This document shows positions 42,003 to 52,714 of a stretch of DNA of 64,000 nucleotides, piece after piece (position 1 is the stretch's first letter; the number at the start of each line of letters is the position of its first letter). The stretch comes from an uncultured Chloroflexia bacterium (GTDB taxonomy: Bacteria; Chloroflexota; Anaerolineae; B4-G1; SLSP01). The stretch is from assembly GCA_963751345.1 (NCBI GenBank), contig CAVVUS010000024.1, positions 64,001-128,000 of the forward strand, given 5' to 3'. The notes under the pieces were generated by a model. The model was not told the origin of the DNA and did not search any database. It was given only the letters and a program-made list of their open reading frames with translations. Position numbers and translations under genes: made by a program.

Positions 42003-42819
42003 ATGATGATTAACGCAAACTACGTCGTGGGAACCCACGATATCGCCTTTGTCGTCTTGGATACCCTCCGGTACGATGTCGCCAGGGATGACGCTGAGAG
42101 CGGGCCGAACGCCCAGTTTGGCCGCCATCCTTCCCGATGGCCAGTGGGAGATGCGACACACGCCGGGGAATTTCACCTATGCCGCACATCACGCCTTTTT
42201 CGGCGGCTTCCTGCCCACGCCCGCCACGCCTGGGCAACACCCACGCCTCTTCGCCGCACGCTTCCCGGGGAGCGGCACGACCACAGAGATCACCTATGCT
42301 TTTGACGCGCCGGATATCGTCACCGGCCTGGCAAACGTCGGCTACCATACCCTGTGTATCGGGGGCGTGGATTTCTTCAACAAACTGAGCCCCCTGGGGA
42401 GCGTTCTCCCCGGCCTCTTCGCAGAGAGCCATTGGGATCCTGAACTCGGCGTGAGCGGCCGCCGCTCCACGGAGTATCAGGTCCGTCTGGCAGCCCGGCG
42501 ATTGGAGGAGATCCCGCGCGCCCGGCGGGTCTTCCTGTTCCTCAACGTGTCAGCGATTCACCCACCCAACCACTTCTACCTACCGGGGGCCAAAGAGGAC
42601 AGCCTGGAGACGCAAGCAGCCGCACTCGCCTACGTCGACCGCCATCTTCCGACACTCTTTGCGGCGCTCCGCCGCCGCGGTCCAACGCTCCTGATCATCT
42701 GCTCCGACCACGGCACCGCCTACGGAGAAGACGGATACTGGGGCCACCGCCTCAGCCATCCGGTCGTCTGGACCGTGCCCTACGCGGAGCTTATCCTACC
42801 CGGCGCGATTTCCCTCTAG
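42003..42819 (+). CDS. STM4013/SEN3800-family sulfatase-like metallohydrolase (indel near 42085)
   Basis: [27 protein letters not shown], then AGRTP...[24 protein letters not shown] and [17 protein letters not shown]; family recognised from memory. Confidence 0.8.
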
Positions 42820-43994
42820 AGCGAAATTCGCCCGGGAGGTGGGAGTCGCCGCAGCCGCTCCATCGCCTCCCGGATCCGGTCGGTCGGGGCCGTGGCAGAG
42901 ATACGGACGTAGCCCGTCCCTGACGGACCGAAGAAGGCACCGGGCGCCACCGCCACCCCGGCCTGTTCCAGCCACCGGCGGGCCAGCACCTCCGAGCTCT
43001 CGCCCTCCGGCACCGCCGCCCAAAGATAGAGTGCAGCCCGCGGCAGCGAGGCATCGAGCCCGACCGCGGTCAAGCCCTCGGCCAGGATCTCTAGCCTGCC
43101 ACGATAGATGGCGTTGCGCTCCGCGATCCAGGCAGGTTCGATAGCCAACGCCCGTACGGCAGCTTCCTGCAGAGGATGGAACATGCCCGAGTCCACGTTG
43201 GATTTGACCTGGGCTAGGGCAGCGAGGACGTCGGCGTTACCCACGGCCATGCCCATACGCCACCCGGCCATGTTGTAAGTCTTGGAGAGTGAGTTGAACT
43301 CGACGGCGACATCCTTCGCCCCCTCGACCTGGAGGACGCTGGGTGCCTCGTAGCCATCGTAGGTCACGTCGCAGTATGGGGCATCAAAGCACAGGAGGAT
43401 GTCGTGGGCGCGGGCGAAGGCCACGGCTTCCTCCAGGAACGCGAGGTCGGCTACCGCTCCCGTGGGGTTGTTCGGGTAGTTGAGCCAGATCATCCTCGCC
43501 CGCGAGAGGGCCTCCGGCGGAATCGCGTCCAGATCGGGGAGGAAGTTGTTTGAGGCGACCAATGGGAACGTCGCGACTTCGGCACCGGCCAGCAGTGCGC
43601 CCATCGTGTAGGGAGCATAGCCGGGGTCCGGCACGAGCACGACGTCACCTGGACCCACACAGGCCATGGCAAGGTTGACGATGCCCTCCTTGGATCCCAT
43701 GAGCGGGACGACCTCGGTCTTGGGATCGAGGCCCACGTTGAATCGGCGTGCGTAGTATTCCACCACCGCACGCCGCAGGGATGGCAGCCCTCGATAGCCG
43801 GAATAGCCGTGATGGCTGGCTTCGTGCGCCGAAGCGCACAGCGTCTCAATAACGTCCGCAGCGGGAGCAAGATCCGGATTGCCGATATCCAATCGAATCA
43901 CGTCCACACCTCGCTGCTGGACCCGACCGATCTCGGCCGCCCAGATGGCGAAAGGATACGGGGGAAGTGTAGCCAACCGCTCAGCTATTCTCAT
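42816..43994 (-). CDS. Class I/II PLP aminotransferase (LL-DAP aminotransferase-like)
   Basis: ATG 43994; [37 protein letters not shown]. Confidence 0.88.
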   Translation of the reverse strand: MRIAERLATLPPYPFAIWAAEIGRVQQRGVDVIRLDIGNPDLAPAADVIETLCASAHEASHHGYSGYRGLPSLRRAVVEYYARRFNVGLDPKTEVVPLMGSKEGIVNLAMACVGPGDVVLVPDPGYAPYTMGALLAGAEVATFPLVASNNFLPDLDAIPPEALSRARMIWLNYPNNPTGAVADLAFLEEAVAFARAHDILLCFDAPYCDVTYDGYEAPSVLQVEGAKDVAVEFNSLSKTYNMAGWRMGMAVGNADVLAALAQVKSNVDSGMFHPLQEAAVRALAIEPAWIAERNAIYRGRLEILAEGLTAVGLDASLPRAALYLWAAVPEGESSEVLARRWLEQAGVAVAPGAFFGPSGTGYVRISATAPTDRIREAMERLRRLPPPGRISL

Positions 43995-43999
43995 AATAC

Positions 44000-44462
44000 C
44001 TATCCATCCTTTTGGTTGCGATCCCGCAGGACACCCGAGGAGTGCCTGCAGACCGAGTTCATAACTACGCCAGCCAAAGCCGCTGATCTGGCCAACGCAG
44101 ACAGGGGCAATCAGCGAGGTATGCCGAAAAGCCTCCCGCGCGTGGACATTGGAGAGATGAACTTCAACGGCGGGGAGCGCTATGCCGGCAATCGCGTCCC
44201 GCAGCGCTACGCTCGTATGGGTGTAGGCCCCCGGATTGATCAGTACACCGTCCGCCCAGTCCATCGCAGCGTGAAGCGCATCGATCAGCGCGCCCTCACC
44301 GTTGGCCTGCAGGATTCGCAGATCGGCGCCAATCCGCTCAGCCGCTTGCCTCAAGCGGTCGTCGATCTCGGCAAGCGTGACACTGCCGTAGGTGTCGGGC
44401 TCGCGACGCCCCAGTAAGTTGAGATTCGGACCATGCAGCACAAGGATCTTGAAGGTAGTCAT
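44000..44462 (-). CDS. aroQ: Type II 3-dehydroquinate dehydratase (apparent read-through from an extra G near 44035)
   Basis: [30 protein letters not shown]. Removing one G gives ...[12 protein letters not shown] with TAG at 44000. Confidence 0.9.
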
Positions 44463-44547
44463 AGATCGGTTTCCCTTTCATCTATACTACGCCAGGGTGA
44501 TCCGCGAAAGTAATCCGATGGACCCGGCCAAGAGAGCTCGGCCAGCC

Positions 44548-46140
44548 TCAATCCCCAGCACGGGCGCCCAACTCGACCAGCACCGAACGCACCAGTTCCT
44601 CAGGCACATCGCGCACGATCTCGGCCCTGCCAATCTCGTAGGGCAATATCCAGCGTAGTCCGGCTCCCTGGCGCTTCTTGTCGTGCCGCATCGCCGCCCA
44701 TATCTCGTCCACGGGCCAGGGCGGGCACGTTATGGGCAGCCCCGCGGACCGCAACGTCGCCGCGATCCCGTCAGACAGGCGCGGCACGGCACGCCCCAGC
44801 GATTCGGAAATCCGAGCCGCTACCACCATGCCGATCGAGACCGCCTCCCCGTGACGCATTCCATAGTGGCTGAGCTGCTCGAGCGCGTGGCCCGCCGTGT
44901 GGCCCAGGTTGAGGACGGCACGGCGACCACGCTCGAAGGGATCCTCCTGGACGATATCAATCTTGACCTGGATCGAACGGGCCAACATTGCGGGCGTGAT
45001 TCGCATGGCATCCTGCCGCCGCACCGCCGCCGCCAGCTCTTCATAGAGCAAGGCATCGCCGATGACACCGTGTTTGATGACCTCTGCCATCCCGGAGCGA
45101 AGCTCTGCCTCGGGCAGCGTCTCAAGAACCTCCAGGTCGACGAAGACGACCTCCGGCTGCTTAAAGGCACCGACCAGGTTCTTGCCCTGGGGCAGGTCGA
45201 CGCCGGTCTTGGCCCCGACGCTGGCATCGGTCATGGCTAACAGCGACGTGGGCACCTGAACAAAACGCACGCCGCGCATAAACGTGGCAGCAGCAAACCC
45301 CGCAATGTCACCGGTCACGCCACCGCCCAGGGCGAGGATCGTGCCACTCCGGTCGAGATCGCCTTCGAGCAACTGATCATAGAGTCCGCGCACCGTCTCA
45401 GGCGTCTTGTAGTCCTCTCCATCCGGCAGGGCACAGATAAAGGACGAGAATCCGGCAGCGGCCAAGGCATCGCTGACCGGTCCTGCGTAGAGCGGCGCCA
45501 CCACGTCATTCGACACGATCGCAACGCGCGTCCCTGTCGAGATGCCCGCAGCCCGTATGACGCCCCCAAGATAGCCGAGCGTATCGCGACCGATGTGGAT
45601 GTCATACGCTCCACCCGGATAGGAAACACTGAGCGTGCGAACGTGGGCCAGGTTAGCCACGGCCTCGGCGACTTCGGAGAGCGATCGCCCCTTCGTATCA
45701 AGCTGCCACGGGATCGACGCGTAGGATTCCTCACGAGCGGACAACAGGCGCTCGGCATCGTCGCGGCGCTCGGGACCGGAGAGAAGCGGACGATCTTCGG
45801 CCTCGCCGACCCTACGCAGGATTTCGTCGACGTCCGCCCGCAGGCAGACGATCGTGGAAGAGCGCGCCCACGCCGCACGGTTCACAGGGCTCACAAGCGC
45901 TCCCCCGCCGGTAGCCACGACCAGCCCACTGCGCGCACCCAACTCCCGGCAGAGCGCAGACTCCATCTCCCGGAAAGCAGGCTCACCGTCCTCCTCGAAG
46001 ATGCGTGAGATGGGCTTGCCTGATCGCACCTCGATCTCGGTGTCCATGTCGATGAAGGGCCGATCCAGCCTCCGTGCCACCTCGCGTCCGACCGCGGTTT
46101 TCCCCGTCCCCATAAAGCCGGTCAGCACCAGGTTATCCAT
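44548..46140 (-). CDS. aroB: Shikimate kinase - 3-dehydroquinate synthase fusion (AroK-AroB)
   Basis: GFMGTGKT, GEPAFR..E, ATGGG, RPLL; then GGGVTGD, MRG, PTSLLAM.DASVG.KT, KNLVGAF, LNLGHT.GH, HGEAV. Confidence 0.93.
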   Translation of the reverse strand: MDNLVLTGFMGTGKTAVGREVARRLDRPFIDMDTEIEVRSGKPISRIFEEDGEPAFREMESALCRELGARSGLVVATGGGALVSPVNRAAWARSSTIVCLRADVDEILRRVGEAEDRPLLSGPERRDDAERLLSAREESYASIPWQLDTKGRSLSEVAEAVANLAHVRTLSVSYPGGAYDIHIGRDTLGYLGGVIRAAGISTGTRVAIVSNDVVAPLYAGPVSDALAAAGFSSFICALPDGEDYKTPETVRGLYDQLLEGDLDRSGTILALGGGVTGDIAGFAAATFMRGVRFVQVPTSLLAMTDASVGAKTGVDLPQGKNLVGAFKQPEVVFVDLEVLETLPEAELRSGMAEVIKHGVIGDALLYEELAAAVRRQDAMRITPAMLARSIQVKIDIVQEDPFERGRRAVLNLGHTAGHALEQLSHYGMRHGEAVSIGMVVAARISESLGRAVPRLSDGIAATLRSAGLPITCPPWPVDEIWAAMRHDKKRQGAGLRWILPYEIGRAEIVRDVPEELVRSVLVELGARAGD

Positions 46141-46753
46141 CAGCCACCCCCAATCCCGCCTCCGGGGGAAAAGCACACGCGACCACGCTCGCCACGTCGC
46201 GAAGCCAGGTAGCCCTCTGCTCCGGCGTGCTGGTCACGATGACGCAGTACATCCGGCGATCGAATGCCCGCACTCCGCAGAGATCGAAAATACACCGACG
46301 CCAAAGACCCTCGAGGGGATCGCCGAAGGCCTCGCGCTCGCGCGGCTCCGGCGTGTTCGAGGTATTGAAGACCAAAGCCGCCTTTGCCCGCAGGAGGCCC
46401 ACCGGCACCCCATCGCCCGTGTCGCCTTCCAGGAACTCATAGGCGATCCCTGGACGGATCACGCGATCGATCCATCCCTTGAGAATCGCGGGCGGCTGTC
46501 CCCACCAATTAGGGTGGACGACGATAATCCCATCCGCTTCTGCCACCTCGCGACAATGCCGTTCGATCACAGGATCGAGCACCGCAGCCTTCGGGATCTC
46601 CTCGTACGGCAGGATCGGATCGAAACCCTCGGCATAAAGATCGTGGTAGGCTACGGCGTGTCCGTTCTGCTCAAGCGTCGCCGCGGCGGTCTCCGCGATG
46701 GCATGGTTGAAGCTCCCGGGTCTGGGATGTCCGAGAATGAGGGATATCTGCAA
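46133..46753 (-). CDS. Flavodoxin-fold NAD(P)H-dependent FMN/quinone oxidoreductase
   Basis: GHPRPGSFN, DLY.EGFDP, HPNWWGQPPAILKGWIDRV. Confidence 0.88.
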   Translation of the reverse strand: MQISLILGHPRPGSFNHAIAETAAATLEQNGHAVAYHDLYAEGFDPILPYEEIPKAAVLDPVIERHCREVAEADGIIVVHPNWWGQPPAILKGWIDRVIRPGIAYEFLEGDTGDGVPVGLLRAKAALVFNTSNTPEPREREAFGDPLEGLWRRCIFDLCGVRAFDRRMYCVIVTSTPEQRATWLRDVASVVACAFPPEAGLGVADG

Positions 46754-46771
46754 CGGCTGTCTCCTGTCCGG

Positions 46772-48070
46772 TCAGAACAACGCGAACGCCCGCGGATCGA
46801 CGGCACCTGCCTGGTGCACGAGCATCGCGTTCATCAGCTCGACGGCCATGCGTGACTCCAACGTAATCCCCGCGCGCACGCCCACGCAGGGATCGTGGCG
46901 GCCCTTCTTAAGCCGGAACTCGATCTCCTCCAGGTCCTTACGTACGGAGAGTTGTGGTTTCTGGATGGAAGATGTAGGTTTGAAGGTCACGCGACACACA
47001 AGGGGCATGCCGGTGGTGATCCCACCCAGAAGCCCGCCGTGATGGTTCGACTGAAATCCAGCGGCCCTGATAGCATCGTTGTTCTCACTGCCGCGTCGGT
47101 CCGCCACCGCAAACCCGGCCCCTACCTCGCACGCCTCCGCCGCGTTGAGCCCACCGAGGGCCCCCATCAGCCGCAGCTTGAGGCTCTGGTAGAGCGGCGT
47201 ACCAGCCAGCGGCGGCACGTTGACGGCCACGACCTCCACCACGGACCCGATCGAATCATCCTCGGCGCGAACCTGCTCGATCAGATCGCCGGCTTGCTGG
47301 GCAAATGCAGGATCAAGGCTCGGGATCGCAGCCTCAGTCAAGATGCGTTCGAGCTCGTGGAGCCGGGCGCCGGGTACCGGCGTCCTCTGCGTATGGTCAA
47401 GGACCAACCTTTCGACCTCTTCAGCGAGGGTGCGGGAGGACTTGAGAGAACCGACCTGGAGCACCGAGGAGAGAAAGACCGTTTGGAAGTGTGTTTCCAG
47501 AAAAATCCGCGCCACGGCGCCGCCAATAACGTCCGAGATCGTCGCACGGTAACTCGCCCGGCCTCCACCACGGGGGTCCGCAGTTCCGCGCGACTGGTAA
47601 TACTTGAGGAGGTCGGCGTGGCCCGGCCTGACCTCACCCGCCGAGCCGGTGAACTGTGCATAGTCAGCCGAGCGCTTCGAGGAGGAGAGCACCACAGCAG
47701 CGATCGGCTCGCCTGTCGTGGTGCCCTCCTCATATGTGCGTGCTCCCGCAACTTCAGCCGGTGCGATCAGCTCCGCTTCGCCCTCTGGTGGGAGGCTGGG
47801 AAAGTAGGGCTCTGAGACAAGCCCGGGTCCCGCTAACAAGCGCTCCAGGTCGTCATCGTACAGCCCTGAGAGCAGCAAGACCTGGTCCACCTCGCTCCTG
47901 GAGGTGCCGTAGCGGCTGCCGCCCGGCCGTCGCCGGTCCAAATAGCGCTGGATCTCACGACGCGTAAGACGGAGTCCTGCCGGGCAGCCAAAGACGATCG
48001 TCGTATAAGCAGGCCCGTGCGACTCACCCGCGCCCGCCACGCCAAAGAGCGGCCCTCCAAGGATTTCCAT
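46772..48070 (-). CDS. aroC: Chorismate synthase, divergent, with insertions
   Basis: GESHG, LDRRRPG, TTGEP, RPGHAD, RGGGR.S.R, GGLLGGIT.G, KPTSSI, GRHDPCV. Confidence 0.92.
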   Translation of the reverse strand: MEILGGPLFGVAGAGESHGPAYTTIVFGCPAGLRLTRREIQRYLDRRRPGGSRYGTSRSEVDQVLLLSGLYDDDLERLLAGPGLVSEPYFPSLPPEGEAELIAPAEVAGARTYEEGTTTGEPIAAVVLSSSKRSADYAQFTGSAGEVRPGHADLLKYYQSRGTADPRGGGRASYRATISDVIGGAVARIFLETHFQTVFLSSVLQVGSLKSSRTLAEEVERLVLDHTQRTPVPGARLHELERILTEAAIPSLDPAFAQQAGDLIEQVRAEDDSIGSVVEVVAVNVPPLAGTPLYQSLKLRLMGALGGLNAAEACEVGAGFAVADRRGSENNDAIRAAGFQSNHHGGLLGGITTGMPLVCRVTFKPTSSIQKPQLSVRKDLEEIEFRLKKGRHDPCVGVRAGITLESRMAVELMNAMLVHQAGAVDPRAFALF

Positions 48071-48073
48071 AGT

Positions 48074-49399
48074 CTATGCCACAAGACGAACGAGATGGTA
48101 CTGCTTCTTTCCCCGCCGCAGGACGACATACCGCCCCTCAAAGGCATCGGAGACCGTCAGGCTTCGATCGCTATCAGAGACCTGTACGTTGTTGACGTAG
48201 ACCCCGCCATTGCTCAGGAGCCGCCGCGCCTCTCCCTTCGAGCGGGTGAGGCCAAGCTCATCAAAGAGATCGACGACAGAGAGGCCGGCGCCCTCCAAGC
48301 GAGACGTCGCGAGGTCACTCGATGGCACGTCGGCAAAGATATCGGAGATGTCTTGGGCGTCGAGTCCCGCGATTTCGCCACCGAAGAGCACCTGCGAGGC
48401 CTGCTCAGCCTTTGCCAGGGCCGTCTCGCCATGGGTGAGCCGCGTCATCTCCTGCGCAAGCGTCCGCTGTGCCTCTCGCCTCTCCGGGTGCTCTGCCAGC
48501 TTGGTTTCGAACTCGGCAATCTCCGCCTGATCCAGCCACGTGAAGTATTTCAGGTAGGGGATCACATCGTCATCGCCCTGGTTGAGCCAGAATTGGTAGT
48601 AGCGGTAGGGTGAGGTCTTCTCGGCGTCCAGCCAGATCGTGCCGCGCTCCGTCTTTCCGAGCTTGTTGCCGTCGGCACCGGTCACCAATGGGTAGACGAG
48701 GCCATAGGCCCGTGTCCCACGCGTCCGCCGGATCAACTCGACCCCCGCGGTGATATTTCCCCACTGGTCGCTGCCGCCGGCCTGCAGGGTACAGCGATGA
48801 CGGTCGTAGAGCTGCTGGAAATCGTAGGCTTGCAGCAGCATGTAGCTGAACTCGGTGTAGGAGATGCCCTCCTCACGCTGCAGTCGCGTCTTGACCGAGT
48901 CCTTGGCCGTCATGTAGTTGACGGTGAAGTGTTTGCCCACATCGCGCAGGAACTCCATCATCGAGATCTCAAGGAGCCAGTCGGCGTTGTTGACGATCCG
49001 CGCCGCATTATCCTTGGCCTCAAAATTCAGGAAGCGCGCTAACTGTCCCTTAATGGCCTCCACATTGGCCTGGACCTCGGCAGCTGTCATCAACTGTCGC
49101 TCGTTGGCCTTACCGCTTGGATCGCCGATCATGCCCGTACCGCCACCTGCCACCGCGATCGGCGTGTGCCCGAAACGCTGCAGCCGGGCCAGCCCCATCA
49201 GTGCCAGTAAGTTGCCGACCTGCAGGCTGTCGGACGTTGGATCGAAGCCAATATAAACGGTGACCTTTTCCGATGCCAAGACCTCCGGCAGGCCTTCGGT
49301 GAAGTCGTAGACCAATCCTCGCCACCTGAACTCATCAAACACGCCCTGCGTGAGCACCGTTTCACCTGTCATGGGTCTCCCTTCGCTCTTGTCTGCCAT
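48074..49399 (-). CDS. tyrS: Tyrosine--tRNA ligase
   Basis: [46 protein letters not shown]-terminal S4 domain. Confidence 0.96.
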   Translation of the reverse strand: MADKSEGRPMTGETVLTQGVFDEFRWRGLVYDFTEGLPEVLASEKVTVYIGFDPTSDSLQVGNLLALMGLARLQRFGHTPIAVAGGGTGMIGDPSGKANERQLMTAAEVQANVEAIKGQLARFLNFEAKDNAARIVNNADWLLEISMMEFLRDVGKHFTVNYMTAKDSVKTRLQREEGISYTEFSYMLLQAYDFQQLYDRHRCTLQAGGSDQWGNITAGVELIRRTRGTRAYGLVYPLVTGADGNKLGKTERGTIWLDAEKTSPYRYYQFWLNQGDDDVIPYLKYFTWLDQAEIAEFETKLAEHPERREAQRTLAQEMTRLTHGETALAKAEQASQVLFGGEIAGLDAQDISDIFADVPSSDLATSRLEGAGLSVVDLFDELGLTRSKGEARRLLSNGGVYVNNVQVSDSDRSLTVSDAFEGRYVVLRRGKKQYHLVRLVA

Positions 49400-49402
49400 T
49401 GT

Positions 49403-50407
49403 TCATCCGTCCGTTCCACGCCTGTCGGCCAACGCTCGCATAGAGACGTCGCGCATCTCCCGCGTCGTTCGCTCCACATCGAGTCCAGCATCCAACCATA
49501 GCGCCAGCGCCAGGGCGCCCTGTCGTGCCAACATGCCCAACCCGTCGATCACCCGCGCGCCGCAACGCCGGGCGTGCCGCAGGAGCCGGGTCTCCAGCGG
49601 ATTATAAACGAGATCGAAGACCGTCAAATGCTGCGGGAGGGGAATGCGATCCGGCCAGATGCTTTCCTCGACGTGCGGCCACATACCCACCGTCGTCGCA
49701 TTCACCAGCAGATCCACCGTCTCCGCGGCGGCGGCCAGATTCTGCGGATCCAGCGTCAGAGCACCCAGACGCCCATTGCCAATACCCGCACCGTGCAGGT
49801 CCGCAACCAATCCTTCGGCGCGGGCCAACGTCCGGTTGAGCACGTGGACCTCGGCCATCCCCGATGCCAACAACGCGTAGACGACTGCGCGTGCAGCCCC
49901 ACCCGCGCCAACCACCAGGGCCCTTCCACCGCCTGCGGGGTCATAGCCGCCGGCCCTTAGCGACCCAACAAAGCCTGGCACATCCGTATTGTAACCGTGG
50001 AGCGTTGACGTCCCACTGCTCTGCCGCCTGACCACAATGGTATTGACAGCGCCTAAGGCCGCAGCCTCAGGAGCGATCTCGTCCAGCAACCCCATGACGG
50101 CCCTCTTGTGCGGCACGGTCACATTGATACCTCGAAATCCAAGTGCCCGTATCCCGCGTATCGCGTCTCCGACCATCCCGGCGGGTACGGGCAAGGGCAC
50201 GTAGCACCAATTCAGATCGAGGCGGTGGAGGGCAGCGTTGTGCATCGCAGGTGACAGGCTGTGAGCCACCGGCCAACCGATGACCCCCACGAGCTGCGTT
50301 GCGGCGTCAATCCGGCCCCTATCTGCATCTCCTTCTACCGTCGGAACATAAGAGGGAGAACACCCGGCTGCAGGCGCGGGGTGAGGGCCGGCAGCCTCAC
50401 TCACCAT
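49403..50407 (-). CDS. aroE: Shikimate dehydrogenase
   Basis: HSLSPAMHN, NVTVPHK, AVNT, NTD, GAGGAARA, NRT, DLVYNP, GLGMLARQG. Confidence 0.94.
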   Translation of the reverse strand: MVSEAAGPHPAPAAGCSPSYVPTVEGDADRGRIDAATQLVGVIGWPVAHSLSPAMHNAALHRLDLNWCYVPLPVPAGMVGDAIRGIRALGFRGINVTVPHKRAVMGLLDEIAPEAAALGAVNTIVVRRQSSGTSTLHGYNTDVPGFVGSLRAGGYDPAGGGRALVVGAGGAARAVVYALLASGMAEVHVLNRTLARAEGLVADLHGAGIGNGRLGALTLDPQNLAAAAETVDLLVNATTVGMWPHVEESIWPDRIPLPQHLTVFDLVYNPLETRLLRHARRCGARVIDGLGMLARQGALALALWLDAGLDVERTTREMRDVSMRALADRRGTDG

Positions 50408-51830
50408 GGCGCAGCTCCGCCCCCAGCATCGTCATCGTCTCCGCGAAGCCAGGGAACGAGTCCGGGATACATTCGGCTCCCATGACCTTCGTCTTCCCCC
50501 TCGCAATCAGTCCCGCGACGACCAGGGCCATACCCAAACGGTGATCTCCTTGGCTGTCCACTTCGGCGCCCTGCAGCCGCGTCGGCCCTGCCACGACAAA
50601 GCCATCCGGCCGAGGTTCGATCTCAGCCCCTAGCTTGCGGAGCTCCATCACTACCGAAGCAATCCGATCGGTCTCCTTCACGCGCAGCTCCGCCGCGTCG
50701 CGGACCACCGTCGTGCCCTCTGCCTGGGTGGCCAAAACGGCAAGGATTGGGAACTCATCGATCATCCTCACCACGATATCCCCACTCACCTCGGCGGCCA
50801 TAAGGCCGGAAGCGCTCGCCGTCACGTCCGCGACGGGCTCCCCGCCCTGTTCGCGTACGTTGTCCACGGTCACGTCGGCTCCCATCGAAAGCAGGACCTC
50901 CAACAGACCGGTACGAGTTCGGTTGACCCCGACCCCCAGGAGGGTCACCCTGGCACTTGGGATACACAGTGCGGCAGCCAGCAGGAACGCCGCGGAAGAG
51001 AAATCACCCGGGACGACCCAGGTCAACGCCCGCAGATAATCGATGGCCCCAGGATCAAGCCTGGCGGTGACGGCATCGAACGCTATCGCCAAGGTGCTCG
51101 CTCCGCCCTCCGAGGAAACCGCCGCCAGTCTGCCGGCGCTGGATGAGGATCTCTCGCCGGTCTGCCTGAGCGCGATCTGCGCCATCAGCATCCGCTCGGT
51201 GTGATCCCGAGCCGGGCCCGGAAGCAGTACGTTGACCGGCCCATCGGCATACAACCCGGCGAGCAGAATCGCGCTCTTGACCTGGGCGCTTGCCACCGGC
51301 AGCACGTGATCGGAGCCCCTCAGGGGGCCCCGTCCCCGGATGAGCAGCGGAGCGTGACCCTCCGTGTCCGTGATGTCGGCGCCCATCTGCCTCAGCGGCT
51401 CCGTGATGCGACGCATCGGCCGGCGCAGCAACTGGGACTCCCCTGTAAGCTCGGAGTCAAAGGACTGCCCTGCCAGGATGCCCGAGAGCAGGCGCATCGT
51501 CGTCCCGGAGCGCCGGCAGTTGAGTGGACGATCGGGCGCCACCAGACCATGGAGCCCGCGCCCTTTGATCTGCAGGCGTGGGCCATATCCGGGCGTCGCC
51601 ACGGCGCCGACCGAGGGCCGATCTACTTGAGCCCCCAACTGCCGGACGCAGTCCAGCGTTGCCAGGCAGTCTCCGGAAGGCAGAAACCCCTCGACGACGC
51701 TCGTCCCATCGGCCAGGGCAGCAAGCATCAGTGCGCGATGGGAGATCGACTTGTCTCCCGGCACCGAGACCGTCCCCTCCAGCGTTGCGGACCCGCTAGC
51801 GCCGAATCCCTGAACGATCAGCCAAGTCAT
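50397..51830 (-). CDS. aroA: EPSP synthase (class II)
   Basis: PGDKSISHR, SGTTMRL, RPM.R, SAQVKSA, RDHTE, IDEFP, RVKETDR, DHR. Confidence 0.95.
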   Translation of the reverse strand: MTWLIVQGFGASGSATLEGTVSVPGDKSISHRALMLAALADGTSVVEGFLPSGDCLATLDCVRQLGAQVDRPSVGAVATPGYGPRLQIKGRGLHGLVAPDRPLNCRRSGTTMRLLSGILAGQSFDSELTGESQLLRRPMRRITEPLRQMGADITDTEGHAPLLIRGRGPLRGSDHVLPVASAQVKSAILLAGLYADGPVNVLLPGPARDHTERMLMAQIALRQTGERSSSSAGRLAAVSSEGGASTLAIAFDAVTARLDPGAIDYLRALTWVVPGDFSSAAFLLAAALCIPSARVTLLGVGVNRTRTGLLEVLLSMGADVTVDNVREQGGEPVADVTASASGLMAAEVSGDIVVRMIDEFPILAVLATQAEGTTVVRDAAELRVKETDRIASVVMELRKLGAEIEPRPDGFVVAGPTRLQGAEVDSQGDHRLGMALVVAGLIARGKTKVMGAECIPDSFPGFAETMTMLGAELRHGE

Positions 51831-52701
51831 GGGAACATCTCCTTGCGCGTGTCCCTGATATAGGACAGCGTCTCACGCAGCGCGGCTTCATCTCCATCCT
51901 CAACCAACTGGATAAGACGTCCCAACTCGGCGGCGCAATGTCGCGCGGCCTTCACGACCTCGTCGCGGTTTGTCGTGAGGATATCGACCATCATCGTGAC
52001 GTCGCTGCCTGCCACGCGCGACGTGTCGCGATACCCCCCTGCGACGATCTGCCAGGCCAGGGGATCGGTCGATGTTGTGGCATCCGCCGTGCTCACGAGC
52101 GCGCAGGCAAGTAGGTAGGGGAGATGGCTCACCGTACCCACGAGATAGTCCTGACGCTCGCCGTCGATGACCAGTGGGGTTGCTCCCGCGCTCCGCACCA
52201 GGGCTTCCCCCAGACTCAACGCTGCCTCCGACGTCCGAGGAAGCGGAGACAGGATGAACGTGCGGCTCTGAAAGAGCGTCGGATCCGCAGCTTCGATACC
52301 TGAGGTCTCCTTGCCACACATCGGGTGCCCACCCAGGGGCTGTACGTGATCGGGTAAGCCGTCATCGCCTCAAGAACCTTCTCCTTGGTGCTGCCCAGAT
52401 CGAGAAGGAGCGAACCCTCTCGCAGCCACGGGCCTATCTCGCCCAGCAGCCTGATAATCGTGCGGACCGGCGTCGCCAGAATCGTAATATCGGCCTCCGC
52501 GACCCCTTCCTTCAGGTCCAGCACGCCACGATCGACAAAGCCCCGGCGCAAGGCGGCCTCCAGGGTCTCAGGGCTGCTGTCTACACCGATAACCTGTGCA
52601 CAGTGACCACGCAGCGCGCCCGCCAAAGAGCCGCCCATCAAACCAAGGCCCACAACCGTGACCACAGACTGTGAAAGAGGTTTCATCTCCAACGACGCCA
52701 T
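51827..52701 (-). CDS. tyrA: Prephenate/arogenate dehydrogenase (missing base near 52357)
   Basis: [23 protein letters not shown] across the frame break, [15 protein letters not shown]. Confidence 0.9.
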
Positions 52702-52714
52702 ATCTGTCGCCGCC

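Noticed and set aside
42816-44462. Apparent AroQ-aminotransferase fusion (548 aa)
   Set aside because: Removing one G near 44035 restores a natural AroQ end with TAG 6 nt before an ATG; it fits the window-wide indel pattern.
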